Virus record (IMG/VR): IMGVR_UViG_3300031521_000001
Direction: 5' to 3' (one strand)
From: a virus
Length of the DNA: 64,000 bases
Shown: in pieces, positions 36,989 to 47,058 of the stretch
Position numbering within the stretch: position 1 is the first letter of the stretch
Layout of the letters: each line of letters begins with the position of its first letter
Notes under the pieces: model-generated
Database searches by the model: none
What the model saw: the letters and a program-made list of their open reading frames with translations, nothing else
Told to the model about the DNA's origin: nothing
Position numbers and translations under genes: made by a program

Positions 36989-39547
36989 ATGAATTTTAAA
37001 AGAGAAGACGCATTTGATGCATCATTAAAATATTTCAAGGGTGATACATTAGCCTCTGATGTTTGGGTAAATAAGTATGCATTAAAAGATACCGCAGATA
37101 ACGATACTGTTTATTATGAACTGACTCCTAATGATATGCACAGAAGATTATCAAAAGAGATATATAGAATAGAATTAAAATATCAAAATCCATTATCTGA
37201 AGATTTTATATTTGATTTGATAAAGGATTTTAAATATATTATACCACAAGGCTCACCAATGTCTGGAATTGGTAATGATAACCAGGTTGTGTCAATATCT
37301 AATTGCTTTGTGATTGGAAATCCTGCAGATTCTTATGGATCAATTATGCAAGTTGATGAAGAACAAATTCAATTAATGAAAAGACGTGGAGGAGTTGGAC
37401 ATGATCTTTCACATATTAGACCAGCAGGAATGCCAGTTAAAAATTCTGCTTTGACATCAACAGGATTGGTTCCATTTATGAGTAGATATTCAAATTCTAC
37501 TAATGAAGTGGCTCAAGGAGGAAGAAGAGGAGCATTGATGCTATCTTGTTCTGTTCTTCATCCTGATTCTGAAGCATTTATAGATGCTAAACTAGAACAA
37601 GGAAAAGTAACAGGAGCAAATATATCAATTAAATTGACAGATGAATTTATGAAAGCTTCAATTAATTCTGGTATGTTTACTCAATTGTTTCCAATAGATT
37701 CTGATACACCATTGATTACAAAACAAATTGATGCTAATAAACTTTGGAAAAAAATTATTCATAATGCATGGAAATCAGCAGAACCTGGTATATTATTCTG
37801 GGATACTGTTATGAGAGAATCTGTTCCTGATTGTTATCAACAGCATGGTTTTAAGACAGTTAGTACAAATCCTTGTGGCGAAATAACTTTGTGTCCATAT
37901 GATAGTTGTCGTTTGCTTGCTATAAATCTATATAGTTATGTAGTAAATCCTTTCACCAAGGATGCATATTTTGATTGGGATTTGTTTAAAGAACATATAA
38001 TTTATGCTGAAAGATTTATGGACGATATTGTTGATTTGGAACTTGAAAAAATCGATAAGATTTTGGAGAAAATTGAGCAAGATTCAGAACCTGAAAATAC
38101 TAAAAGAGTTGAAAGAGAAACTTGGATTAAAATTAAAAATATGACTATTAAAGGTCGTAGAACAGGTTTAGGCGTGACTGCTGAAGGAGATATGTTAGCC
38201 GCTCTTGGTTTGATTTATGGAACATCAGAAGCAACAGAATTTTCAACAGAAGTTCACAAAAATTTGGCTATATGTGCATATAAATCTTCTGCTATAATGG
38301 CAAAAGAAAGAGGCTCATTTCCAATTTATGATTATGATAGTGAAATCAACAATCCATTTGTACAAAGATTGAAAGATTTAGATCCTGAATTGGATAATAT
38401 GCTGAAAGAATATGGTAGGAGAAATATCGCACTACTCACGATTGCACCAACTGGCTCAGTTTCAATTTTAACTCAAACTACATCAGGTATAGAGCCAGCA
38501 TATAAAGTGTCATACAAGAGAAGAAGAAAGATAAACCCAAGTGACAAAAATGCTCGTGTTGACTTTGTTGATGCAGAAGGACAAAAATGGGAAGAATATT
38601 ATGTGTTTCATAAGAAATTTGAAGTATGGTTGGAAATCAATGGATATAATGTTGATGAAGTTAAATTGATGAAAGACTCAGAATTAAAGCCAATTATAGA
38701 AAAATCACCATATCATAAAGCAACAGCTAATGATGTGAATTGGGTTGAAAAAGTTAAAATGCAAGGTAGTATTCAGAAATTTGTTGATCATTCTATTTCA
38801 GTAACAGTGAATTTGCCAAATAACGTAACAGAAGAAATAGTTTCAAAAGTTTATGAAACAGGATGGAGAAGTGGTTGTAAAGGTATTACTGTTTATCGTG
38901 ATGGATCAAGAGAAGGAGTTATTATGTCAAACGAAGGCACTACACAAAATGTAGTATCAGAATCAGGTGAAAATAATGCTAGAAAACGTCCAAAAAAATT
39001 AGAATGTGATGTAGTTAGATTTACAAACAAAGGTGAAAAATGGATTGGATTTTTAGGATTAGATGTAGATGATAAAGGTGAAAAATATCCTTATGAATTA
39101 TTTACTGGTGTCGCTGATGCATTTCTTATTCCTATAAATGTAGAAAAAGGTGAGATTGTTAGAATTAAATCTGAACCAAAGAATGGAGAAGAAGGTAAAA
39201 GTAGATATGACTTTGTGTATAAAGATAAAGATGGCTATAATGTAACTATGGAAGGCTTGAATAGAGCATTTAATAGAGAATTATGGAATACAAGTAAATT
39301 GCTATCAGCTTTCTTGAGACATAGAATTCATTTACCAAGTGTTATTCACCTCATAGATACATTAGAAATGACAGATAATGCTGTATTTGGTACATGGAAG
39401 AGTGGAGTAAAAAGAATAATTAAGAAATATATTAATTCTGTTGTAGTTGGAGAAAAATGTCCAAATTGTGGAGCAACTGGAGACGATTTAGTTTATGAGA
39501 ATGGCTGCAGGACCTGCAAGGCATGTGGTTTTTCTAAATGTGACTGA
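36989..39547 (+). CDS. nrdJ: Class II (adenosylcobalamin) ribonucleotide reductase
   Basis: SNCFV, RRGGVG, RRGALM, TNPCGEI, SCRL, TIAPTGS, GCKGITVYRDGSR, C-terminal CxxC pairs. Confidence 0.93.
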   Translation: MNFKREDAFDASLKYFKGDTLASDVWVNKYALKDTADNDTVYYELTPNDMHRRLSKEIYRIELKYQNPLSEDFIFDLIKDFKYIIPQGSPMSGIGNDNQVVSISNCFVIGNPADSYGSIMQVDEEQIQLMKRRGGVGHDLSHIRPAGMPVKNSALTSTGLVPFMSRYSNSTNEVAQGGRRGALMLSCSVLHPDSEAFIDAKLEQGKVTGANISIKLTDEFMKASINSGMFTQLFPIDSDTPLITKQIDANKLWKKIIHNAWKSAEPGILFWDTVMRESVPDCYQQHGFKTVSTNPCGEITLCPYDSCRLLAINLYSYVVNPFTKDAYFDWDLFKEHIIYAERFMDDIVDLELEKIDKILEKIEQDSEPENTKRVERETWIKIKNMTIKGRRTGLGVTAEGDMLAALGLIYGTSEATEFSTEVHKNLAICAYKSSAIMAKERGSFPIYDYDSEINNPFVQRLKDLDPELDNMLKEYGRRNIALLTIAPTGSVSILTQTTSGIEPAYKVSYKRRRKINPSDKNARVDFVDAEGQKWEEYYVFHKKFEVWLEINGYNVDEVKLMKDSELKPIIEKSPYHKATANDVNWVEKVKMQGSIQKFVDHSISVTVNLPNNVTEEIVSKVYETGWRSGCKGITVYRDGSREGVIMSNEGTTQNVVSESGENNARKRPKKLECDVVRFTNKGEKWIGFLGLDVDDKGEKYPYELFTGVADAFLIPINVEKGEIVRIKSEPKNGEEGKSRYDFVYKDKDGYNVTMEGLNRAFNRELWNTSKLLSAFLRHRIHLPSVIHLIDTLEMTDNAVFGTWKSGVKRIIKKYINSVVVGEKCPNCGATGDDLVYENGCRTCKACGFSKCD

Positions 39548-39578
39548 TAATAAGATAGTTACATAATAAATTAACATG

Positions 39579-39616
39579 AATCCACATATTTATCTAATAG
39601 ATAGATGTGTGGATTT
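39579..39616 (+). terminator. Hairpin after nrdJ
   Basis: AATCCACATATTTATCTA-A-TAGATAGATGTGTGGATT inverted repeat. Confidence 0.55.
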
Positions 39617-39650
39617 GTTGTAAAAATTTAGTTCCTTGATATATTAATTC

Positions 39651-39684
39651 AAAAAAAAGCTGCTAATTAAATTAGCAGCTTTTT
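39651..39684. terminator. Bidirectional terminator
   Basis: AAAAAGCTGCTAATTAAATTAGCAGCTTTTT between convergent genes. Confidence 0.8.
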
Positions 39685-39704
39685 ATTTATATATTTAATG
39701 ATAA

Positions 39705-40973
39705 TTATTTTTTATCATCATCATCATCAACATGTTTGAAGATGGTGTCTCTGAATTTATTGAACCTCTTATCTGCTAAGAACTTTTCAGTTGTCTTATT
39801 AGGTTTTGAGTCCTCAGATAATGTATATTCAGTATCAAGAACATGAAGTAAATAACCAATAACTTCATCATCTGAAATTGTACCAAGAAATTTAACAAGA
39901 TTTTCAAGTTGTTTAGGTTTCAATACTGAAACACTACGTTCCTTCATATTTGCAAGAAGTTCAGATTTCTTATCACGATTGAAGTTTTTTACATCATCAA
40001 GAATATCATCAAAACGATCAAGTACATCATCAAGAGTTATTCTTAGAGTATCTTCACAATATCTAACAAATGGTGCATTTGACGCTCCAATGTAACCATG
40101 TCCAATTTCTTTTATTTCGTCAATCCAAACACGAATATTTGGAAATTTCTTAATCATCACTGTTTTTCCGCCTGCATCTTTTACTACATTACCAGAAATA
40201 TCTGTTTTTTCAACATATTCTCCATGATTTTCAAAAATGTAATCACTTAAAAATGTCCAAGAACGAGGGGTTGCATAAGCTTTGTTCGTTTTGTTGGTTG
40301 TGTTCCTTTGATCAGGTTTCTTGTAATAATGTTCTGTGTGAGTTTTTAAGAATTGAACAATTACAGGAGCAACATTTTTACTTGCATATTGATCAACCCA
40401 TTCTGGAAATGGCATAGTGTGCTCAATGTGAATTAAACGATTGTTAAGAGCTTGATCAAATTCTTCTACATCTGTACCATCTTCTTCTCCAAGATTACCT
40501 GAAGAACACATAAGTACATTTGAATTAAATGCGAAAAATGCACCAATCTCTCTTTCAAGTAAGATTTGAAGAGCTGCATTTCGTACTGCAAGAGTAGAAC
40601 GGTTCAATTCTTCAAAGTGAATAATAGTTGGTTTGTCATTAGCCTTATATGCCCATTTAGGTGCAACGTGAGCCAACATTCTTTGTGAAACTCCATCAAT
40701 CACTTCTTCATCTAATGATGGATATAACCCAACGTCTGTTTCATCAATCATTGATAATCGAATATCAAAATATTGATAACCAATTTTTCCAGCAATGGAT
40801 CTCATAATTGCTGATTTTGCATATCCAGGAGCGGAAGTTATAAAAAGAACACCACTTTTAGAATTCATCATCTTAAAGTACTTTTTTTCTCTACTTGATA
40901 GAGCTTCATAACCTTCTGGAAATCTGTTCGCTGGTGTCATTGTTACACCTTTACCCAAGTTTTTTTCTGACAT
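39705..40973 (-). CDS. MoxR/dynein-related AAA ATPase
   Basis: SAPGYAKS, DIRLS, HFEELNR, SGN, DQALNNRL, ATPRSW. Confidence 0.85.
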   Translation of the reverse strand: MSEKNLGKGVTMTPANRFPEGYEALSSREKKYFKMMNSKSGVLFITSAPGYAKSAIMRSIAGKIGYQYFDIRLSMIDETDVGLYPSLDEEVIDGVSQRMLAHVAPKWAYKANDKPTIIHFEELNRSTLAVRNAALQILLEREIGAFFAFNSNVLMCSSGNLGEEDGTDVEEFDQALNNRLIHIEHTMPFPEWVDQYASKNVAPVIVQFLKTHTEHYYKKPDQRNTTNKTNKAYATPRSWTFLSDYIFENHGEYVEKTDISGNVVKDAGGKTVMIKKFPNIRVWIDEIKEIGHGYIGASNAPFVRYCEDTLRITLDDVLDRFDDILDDVKNFNRDKKSELLANMKERSVSVLKPKQLENLVKFLGTISDDEVIGYLLHVLDTEYTLSEDSKPNKTTEKFLADKRFNKFRDTIFKHVDDDDDKK

Positions 40974-41038
40974 AATTAATTCAATTTACTATTTGTTATT
41001 GTTTTATTTAATTGATAATTTTATTTTTTAATACACTA

Positions 41039-41046
41039 CAAAGATA
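41039..41046 (-). promoter_or_regulatory. Bacteroidota -7 element TATCTTTG
   Basis: Upstream of the AAA gene. Confidence 0.6.
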
Positions 41047-41085
41047 CAACTTATTTTTGATATAAAAAAACATTTTTGAAGTTTT

Positions 41086-42201
41086 TTATTGAATATTTTC
41101 ATATTCTTCATTTTTAGTATCTTCTTTATTATTTTCAACTTCTAATTCAGTTATAGTATCAATAGATAGTTCATTTTTTTTATCATCAACATCTGTTTCT
41201 TCTTTTTCGGTTTCTTCTTTTTCGGTTTCTGCTAATTTTTTTAGAAATTCTTGAGTTTTAGCATCCTTAGCTTCTTTAAAAATTGGAACCAAATAATCAA
41301 TTGTATATTCAAATTTTTCGGTTTCATTTTTATATTTCCAATCTTTTACTGATTTGAAATCAATGTCATATAATAATGATAATATATCATAGTCTGATTT
41401 GAAATCTGGTATTATATCATCATGTTCTATTTTCACAACATTTTCAGTTTCAATCATTGTGTTCTGAAATCTCAATGTTGCAGTATATGAATAATCATTG
41501 TTGTCAGTTAAATATACATTAACCCTATCTTTTTCCAATGATAATATTTCAATTCTGCAAACATACGGTATATCATTTATTTTTATCCATGTTTCAGGAT
41601 TTACTAAGTTTCCAATTATTTTTTGAAATTCAACGTCAAAAGAAAAATCTCGTTTTTCATATTCAATTATACTTTCAAAATACTCTTTTAAAAGTTTAAT
41701 TAAGTCATTTTCATATGCCATTATTGCATCTGTTCTGGACTTGACTTTATCTTCTATCTGTTTAGTGTACTCACCCCATAACTCTTTCTGGTGTTCAGCA
41801 TGTTCTTTCTGTTTAGCTTCTTGATAAGCTTCAGGATTATTTTTATATAATAGTGAGTCTTTAACTTCCAATATTCTATATTCTTCCTTGATGCTATCAA
41901 TAAAAACTGAAAAATCTAAATTTTTAGACATTTTCAAATTCAATTTTTCAGATAAATCATTTATATCAGTTTCATCTGTAAAATATATTGATGGAGCGAA
42001 TTTTTCAATTTTAACCGAACATTGATTAACCAATTCTTCTGCAATTTTTAATGTCGAAAATTCTAATGTTTCTAAATTTAAGTCTTTCCCATTTCTAATC
42101 ATGTAAATTAGATTTCCATTTGGCTCAGTGGTTGGTACTATGTGATAATTATACTCTACATCTTCTGAAAATAAAGATAATAATCTTTCTTTGTTGGTCA
42201 T
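41086..42201 (-). CDS. Acidic hypothetical protein
   Basis: 371 aa ORF. Confidence 0.75.
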   Translation of the reverse strand: MTNKERLLSLFSEDVEYNYHIVPTTEPNGNLIYMIRNGKDLNLETLEFSTLKIAEELVNQCSVKIEKFAPSIYFTDETDINDLSEKLNLKMSKNLDFSVFIDSIKEEYRILEVKDSLLYKNNPEAYQEAKQKEHAEHQKELWGEYTKQIEDKVKSRTDAIMAYENDLIKLLKEYFESIIEYEKRDFSFDVEFQKIIGNLVNPETWIKINDIPYVCRIEILSLEKDRVNVYLTDNNDYSYTATLRFQNTMIETENVVKIEHDDIIPDFKSDYDILSLLYDIDFKSVKDWKYKNETEKFEYTIDYLVPIFKEAKDAKTQEFLKKLAETEKEETEKEETDVDDKKNELSIDTITELEVENNKEDTKNEEYENIQ

Positions 42202-42202
42202 A

Positions 42203-42385
42203 TTATTTTTTTTGTTTTTTGAATAATAATTTTGTGTGAATTTTGCTTATATATTCAATATAATTTTTTCCTGTTATGATATAAGGAATTGTAGTGAATA
42301 TGGCTGATATGAAGCATACTATTATTACAGTAATCCATAATATACTCTCATATAATCTATATGAGTATTTTTTTATGTATTCCAT
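42203..42385 (-). CDS. Small membrane protein
   Basis: Single hydrophobic segment. Confidence 0.55.
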   Translation of the reverse strand: MEYIKKYSYRLYESILWITVIIVCFISAIFTTIPYIITGKNYIEYISKIHTKLLFKKQKK

Positions 42386-42387
42386 AA

Positions 42388-42567
42388 TTATATTTTTTTA
42401 TGTTTTATTGAGTAATAAAAAGAATAAGGGAAAATTATTAAATTCATTATGAATGAAATAATTAGATTATAGAATTTTTTACCTAATCTACCCATTTTGC
42501 TTGTTCTGTATGAACAATATATTGCCCATATTATTGCTAATGCTAAATATATTATTATATAAATCAT
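42388..42567 (-). CDS. Small two-TM membrane protein (59 aa, not in ORF track)
   Basis: Read manually MIYIIIYLALAIIWAIYCS...IIFPYSFYYSIKHKKI*; TACTTTTG at 42587-42594 upstream. Confidence 0.6.
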   Translation of the reverse strand: MIYIIIYLALAIIWAIYCSYRTSKMGRLGKKFYNLIISFIMNLIIFPYSFYYSIKHKKI

Positions 42568-42721
42568 GTTCTATTTTTTTGTATTACAAAAGTAATAAAA
42601 AAAATTGATATTTCATAGGATATAATGAATTATTTTTAAAAAAGATAAAATTAAGGCTTAGGAGGAACAACAAATATTTATATATAGACTATAATAAAAT
42701 AAATAAATAAATTAACATATT

Positions 42722-43621
42722 ATGCTACTAACTAAAAAAGTCTATATTAAAGCTATGAACTTCAGATATTATAATTCTATTGGATATAATGTAAAAAATT
42801 CAAAAGAATATTTTTATGCAAATATAGAAGATTTGACAAATGGTTCTCATACTATTGTTGATGTCAGTTGTGATTATTGTGGAGACGTTTTAAGTGTGCC
42901 ATATAAGAGATATATAAAATATACTAATGTCTGTGATAAATACTCTTGCTCAAAAAAAGAGTGCACAAATCAAAAAATTAAAGATGTTTGTCTAATAAAA
43001 TATAATGTGGAAAATCCATTTCAAGCAGATTTTGTTAAAGAAAAATCTAAAAAAACATTAATTAAAAATTATGGAGTTTCACATCAAATGTATTCCCAAG
43101 AAGTTAAAGATAAAATTAAAAAAACTTGCTTAATTAGATATGGAGTTGATAATCCTAATAGATTAGTTGTTCAGAATAATAGAAAAAAAACTTGTGTGAT
43201 TAAATTTGGAGTTGAACATGATTCTAAATTGCCATCACAACAATTAAAGAGAAAAAATACAAGAATTAAAAAAGGTAATCAAATTCCTGATAATATGTTA
43301 GAACCTTATATTTTATATAGAAAACAAGTAGATAATATGTCTACTATATTAAAAGTGGAATTATTAAATAATTGGAATGGCTATGACTACTATGATAATG
43401 AATATATTAAAGATAATTTTAATTTAAAATCAAGTCATAAGAATTACCCAACAATGGATCATAAAACAAGTTGTTATTACGGATATTTGAATAATATTCC
43501 TGTGAGTGAAATTGCGTCATTGAATAATTTGTGCATGACAAAAAATAAATTGAATGCTCAGAAACGTGATAAGAATGAATGCGAGTATAAAAACAAATTA
43601 AAAAAAGACAAATCTATATAA
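42722..43621 (+). CDS. HNH-type homing endonuclease with YGV repeats
   Basis: SCDYCG, YGV repeats, PTMDHK...NLCM...LNAQK. Confidence 0.75.
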   Translation: MLLTKKVYIKAMNFRYYNSIGYNVKNSKEYFYANIEDLTNGSHTIVDVSCDYCGDVLSVPYKRYIKYTNVCDKYSCSKKECTNQKIKDVCLIKYNVENPFQADFVKEKSKKTLIKNYGVSHQMYSQEVKDKIKKTCLIRYGVDNPNRLVVQNNRKKTCVIKFGVEHDSKLPSQQLKRKNTRIKKGNQIPDNMLEPYILYRKQVDNMSTILKVELLNNWNGYDYYDNEYIKDNFNLKSSHKNYPTMDHKTSCYYGYLNNIPVSEIASLNNLCMTKNKLNAQKRDKNECEYKNKLKKDKSI

Positions 43622-43637
43622 ATTTGTCTTTTTTAAT
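43597..43637. terminator. Bidirectional terminator
   Basis: AAAAAAGACAAAT...ATTTGTCTTTTTT. Confidence 0.65.
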
Positions 43638-43655
43638 TTAATTGTTTTTTAATTA

Positions 43656-45317
43656 TTAATCCTGTTTACCAATATTTACAATCTGTTTTACTTTTCCATT
43701 ATCGAATGATATAGGACATTTTTCTGCTGTTGATAATATTAACGTCCTAGTTTTTACCTTACGAAAATCAAGTGAGTCTGTATAACCATCAGTTAAAATT
43801 ACTGTATTAAATGCACTTAGTTTGTTTTTAGGATCTGAAATATAGTCAATTCCTGGAGTAAGGGTAGTCCCTCCAAGCCCCGATATCTTCATTTTTTCAA
43901 TTTCTTTTTTATCTTTAATGTGAAGAACCTTTTGAATTTGAGCATCACACTGAATTAAATTTATTTGAATGTCATTCTGAAAGATATAAGAAAGAACTTT
44001 TTCAAATTCTCCTCCCATTGATCCAGATGTATCAAGAAGAACATTAATTTCGTTCTTGAATTTCTTGTGTCCCTTCATTCCTGGTATGCCTTTACGATTA
44101 GGACGTACAATTGTTTTTTCTTTTTTTGAACCAAACACTTGACTACTCATAGCTCTCTTAATTTCTTTCAAATAATCTTTTTTAGATTTTCTAAGTTTAT
44201 TAAGAATTGCATCTACATCACCAGACTCCAATCCACGATTTTTAAGTCTTGTCATGATACCTTCAACTATTTCTCTTTTCAGTTCTTGTGGTATATCATC
44301 TCCTAAGTGTGCATCAAGAGTATTTTGTTCTTGGCGTTCTTCACCTTCAAAGATTGTTTCAAGAGAATAACATTCAGCATCATTCTTACCATATTTACCA
44401 TATCTATCTTTTCCAGATGTATCAGATTTACCTTGACGAGATTGATTATTGTTGTGTTCATGTCCACAATTTGGACATTTTTTACCATTTCCTTCACCAT
44501 CTCCATCTTGACCTTCTTCATCTGATGATCCTCCTTTACCACTACCTTTACCACTACCTTTACCTTCTCCTTGTCCTTCACCTTGTCCTTCACCTTGTCC
44601 TTCACCTTCAGAACCTTCACCTTTACCTTTTTTGTCCTTATCTGATTTTTCTCCTTTTCCTTCACCATCTTGATTACCATCTTCATTTTTTTGCTCTCCA
44701 TCATCTTTTGGTGTCATAGATGAACCACATTTAGGACATTTATTGGCTTGATCCTGCATTTTTTTGATTTTGTCCTTATTTTTTTCTTGCCATTGTCTTT
44801 TTTCATTAACATACCATTCATACAAATCTTCAAATATTTGCTCTCCTTTGTAATCTTTCGGTACCATAAGAGCACTATTATTTCCTAATTCATCTTTTGG
44901 TATGCCAATGAAAGGCTTCGAACCTGTACCAAGTCCTTGTTTTTTCATTATTTCATCATATATGATTTGGTTGATAATCATATCTTGTACAACATTCGCA
45001 TCTTTCAAATTGTAACCAACACTTCTTTTGATGTGATCAAAAAGAATGTGAAATTCCTCATGAATTAAAAGAAAGTTGATTTCTGGTTGTGGTAATGACT
45101 CAATGAATTTTCTATCCCAATAAAAATTCATACCAGAAGATGTGACATTCACACCTGCAGTAGGAATATAAGGATTGTTTTTACTTTCAAAGAAATTAAT
45201 GAACAATGCAAATTCACCATAATATGGTAAATTACCAGTTGCCATCATAGCTACGACTGCTTCTGTGAGCTTTTCGTGCATTTGATCAGGAATTACGAAT
45301 TTATAAAAATCTGTCAT
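43656..45317 (-). CDS. Metallopeptidase-like (HExxH) + VWA domain protein, MoxR partner
   Basis: PTAGV, IHEEFHI, DMIINQ, LLDTSGSM, QCDAQI, GLGGT, ILTDGY. Confidence 0.88.
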   Translation of the reverse strand: MTDFYKFVIPDQMHEKLTEAVVAMMATGNLPYYGEFALFINFFESKNNPYIPTAGVNVTSSGMNFYWDRKFIESLPQPEINFLLIHEEFHILFDHIKRSVGYNLKDANVVQDMIINQIIYDEIMKKQGLGTGSKPFIGIPKDELGNNSALMVPKDYKGEQIFEDLYEWYVNEKRQWQEKNKDKIKKMQDQANKCPKCGSSMTPKDDGEQKNEDGNQDGEGKGEKSDKDKKGKGEGSEGEGQGEGQGEGQGEGKGSGKGSGKGGSSDEEGQDGDGEGNGKKCPNCGHEHNNNQSRQGKSDTSGKDRYGKYGKNDAECYSLETIFEGEERQEQNTLDAHLGDDIPQELKREIVEGIMTRLKNRGLESGDVDAILNKLRKSKKDYLKEIKRAMSSQVFGSKKEKTIVRPNRKGIPGMKGHKKFKNEINVLLDTSGSMGGEFEKVLSYIFQNDIQINLIQCDAQIQKVLHIKDKKEIEKMKISGLGGTTLTPGIDYISDPKNKLSAFNTVILTDGYTDSLDFRKVKTRTLILSTAEKCPISFDNGKVKQIVNIGKQD

Positions 45318-45345
45318 ATTTTGTTGTTTTTATTTATTTGATTTA

Positions 45346-45353
45346 CAAAAGTA
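45346..45353 (-). promoter_or_regulatory. Bacteroidota -7 element TACTTTTG
   Basis: About 30 nt upstream of the VWA gene start. Confidence 0.6.
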
Positions 45354-45373
45354 ATACTTTTTTTTCTAATAAC

Positions 45374-45667
45374 CTATTCTTTTCCTCTATTTTTTAAAAA
45401 AAGTAAGAAAAAAACTATAAAAATGAATAGAGGAACAAATGCAAAAGAATTTGCTTTTATAGTTTTCTTTAAACCATACACACGAACCTCTTCTACTATA
45501 ATAGAAACTCCTTTTTTTCCAACATCAATTGTTTCTCCTATAAGTTTTTTCTGCTCATTTATGTCTTTAACTACTTGTTTTGCTTCAAGTTCTTTTTCCT
45601 CTGATGACACATTAGAATAAGAAAACAACGGAATTAATAAAACTAAAATAATTAATATTTTTTTCAT
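45374..45667 (-). CDS. Small exported/membrane protein
   Basis: Signal-peptide-like MKKILIILVLLIPLFSYS; C-terminal TM segment. Confidence 0.7.
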   Translation of the reverse strand: MKKILIILVLLIPLFSYSNVSSEEKELEAKQVVKDINEQKKLIGETIDVGKKGVSIIVEEVRVYGLKKTIKANSFAFVPLFIFIVFFLLFLKNRGKE

Positions 45668-45678
45668 ATTGAAGATAT

Positions 45679-45945
45679 TTATTTATTGTGAGTTTCTGTG
45701 TTTGAACAATTTTTATTGTAACCTATTTTACAATTTTGACAACCATGTTTTTGTGTGTTATAATACACACACTTTGAATACCCATTTTCACATCCTATGA
45801 TTTTTATTATTATGTGCATCTCAGCATCTAATTCATTTTTGAAATGCTCAATATTGTTTTGAGTTTCTACATTCCAATTAGATGTAAATCCACTTTTAAA
45901 CTTTATATAATCACCATTGGTTTCATAACCTGATTTTGTTTTCAT
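45679..45945 (-). CDS. Small Cys-containing hypothetical protein
   Basis: 88 aa ORF in operon. Confidence 0.55.
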   Translation of the reverse strand: MKTKSGYETNGDYIKFKSGFTSNWNVETQNNIEHFKNELDAEMHIIIKIIGCENGYSKCVYYNTQKHGCQNCKIGYNKNCSNTETHNK

Positions 45946-45946
45946 G

Positions 45947-46675
45947 TTAATATGTATGAATTTGTTTTTTTGCTTTCCAATACATCATTATTAAATAGCC
46001 TCCTATTAATCCTCCTAAGTGACCAAAATGAGCAATTCCAAATCCTATATTTGGATTTATTAATGATAATATACCAAATATCAATGAGAATGCTGCAAAT
46101 CCATACACAAAATTCTTTATTTTTATTGGAATAACAAAAAATAATAGAATTGATGATTCTGGTGCTAAAAATAAAAGTGCAGCAATTACCCCACTAATTG
46201 CTCCTGATGCTCCTACAGCAGGAGATGGACTAATGAGCATACACAATACGCTTGATGCAATTCCACTTATGAAATATAATAGTAAGAATTTATTACTGTT
46301 GATTGATTTGTCTATAAAATTTCCAGCAAACCATAACGCAAGCATATTACCAAGTAAATGCATAAAACTACCATGAAGAAACATTGATGTTATAATTTGA
46401 TATGGCTGAAAATTAGGATCAGATATATTATAAATAGCTCCGCTATCAATTAATGATGGCATAAAATAACTAATTATGAATATAATAGTATTTAAAATTA
46501 TTAGATACTTTACAGCATCAGTAGAATAACCAATTGACGTGAATTTGTATGCTGTTTCTTTTCTCTTTTGTGTTTTTTTGGTTTTTATTTTATAGTCTCT
46601 GAATTCTTGGGTATCAAGAAGTTCTCTAATTGATTTCATTTTTTCTGAAATTCCATTTCCATTTGTATTTCTCAT
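45947..46675 (-). CDS. Rhomboid intramembrane serine protease (likely start 46675)
   Basis: YQIITSMFLHGSFMHLLGNM, GASG, AHFGHLGG; TATCTTTG at 46706-46713 upstream. Confidence 0.92.
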   Translation of the reverse strand: MRNTNGNGISEKMKSIRELLDTQEFRDYKIKTKKTQKRKETAYKFTSIGYSTDAVKYLIILNTIIFIISYFMPSLIDSGAIYNISDPNFQPYQIITSMFLHGSFMHLLGNMLALWFAGNFIDKSINSNKFLLLYFISGIASSVLCMLISPSPAVGASGAISGVIAALLFLAPESSILLFFVIPIKIKNFVYGFAAFSLIFGILSLINPNIGFGIAHFGHLGGLIGGYLIMMYWKAKKQIHTY

Positions 46676-46797
46676 AATTTTAAAATTTATATTTAAATTG
46701 AGATACAAAGATACTATGTTTATTTCAATAATTGATTATAAATATGATATATTTATAATTATAAATTGATATATTATTCAACTTCCTGATTATTAGA

Positions 46798-47058
46798 TTA
46801 GTCTTCTCTGTCTAATTTTGTGGAAAATTTGTACATTTTGCTTATTTCTACGTGAGCTTTTATTTCTGTCCATCTTTTTCGTAGAATTTTTGTGTCATTG
46901 TCTATGTGATGATCCATCACCAAATAATCAATCCATAGTTGAACATCAATAAAGTTTTTAAACTGAAGAAATAGGGCATATAAATACCATCTATTTCTCC
47001 ATAATTTTATATACCAATTTGATGATTCATAAGAAATTATCTTATTTTTCTCCTTCAT
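46798..47058 (-). CDS. Hypothetical protein coupled to the sigma gene
   Basis: Overlaps the sigma stop; aromatic-rich. Confidence 0.6.
   Translation of the reverse strand: MKEKNKIISYESSNWYIKLWRNRWYLYALFLQFKNFIDVQLWIDYLVMDHHIDNDTKILRKRWTEIKAHVEISKMYKFSTKLDRED

Noticed and set aside
44288-44719. Three overlapping ORFs within the VWA gene
   Set aside because: Alternative frames of the low-complexity G/E/K linker.
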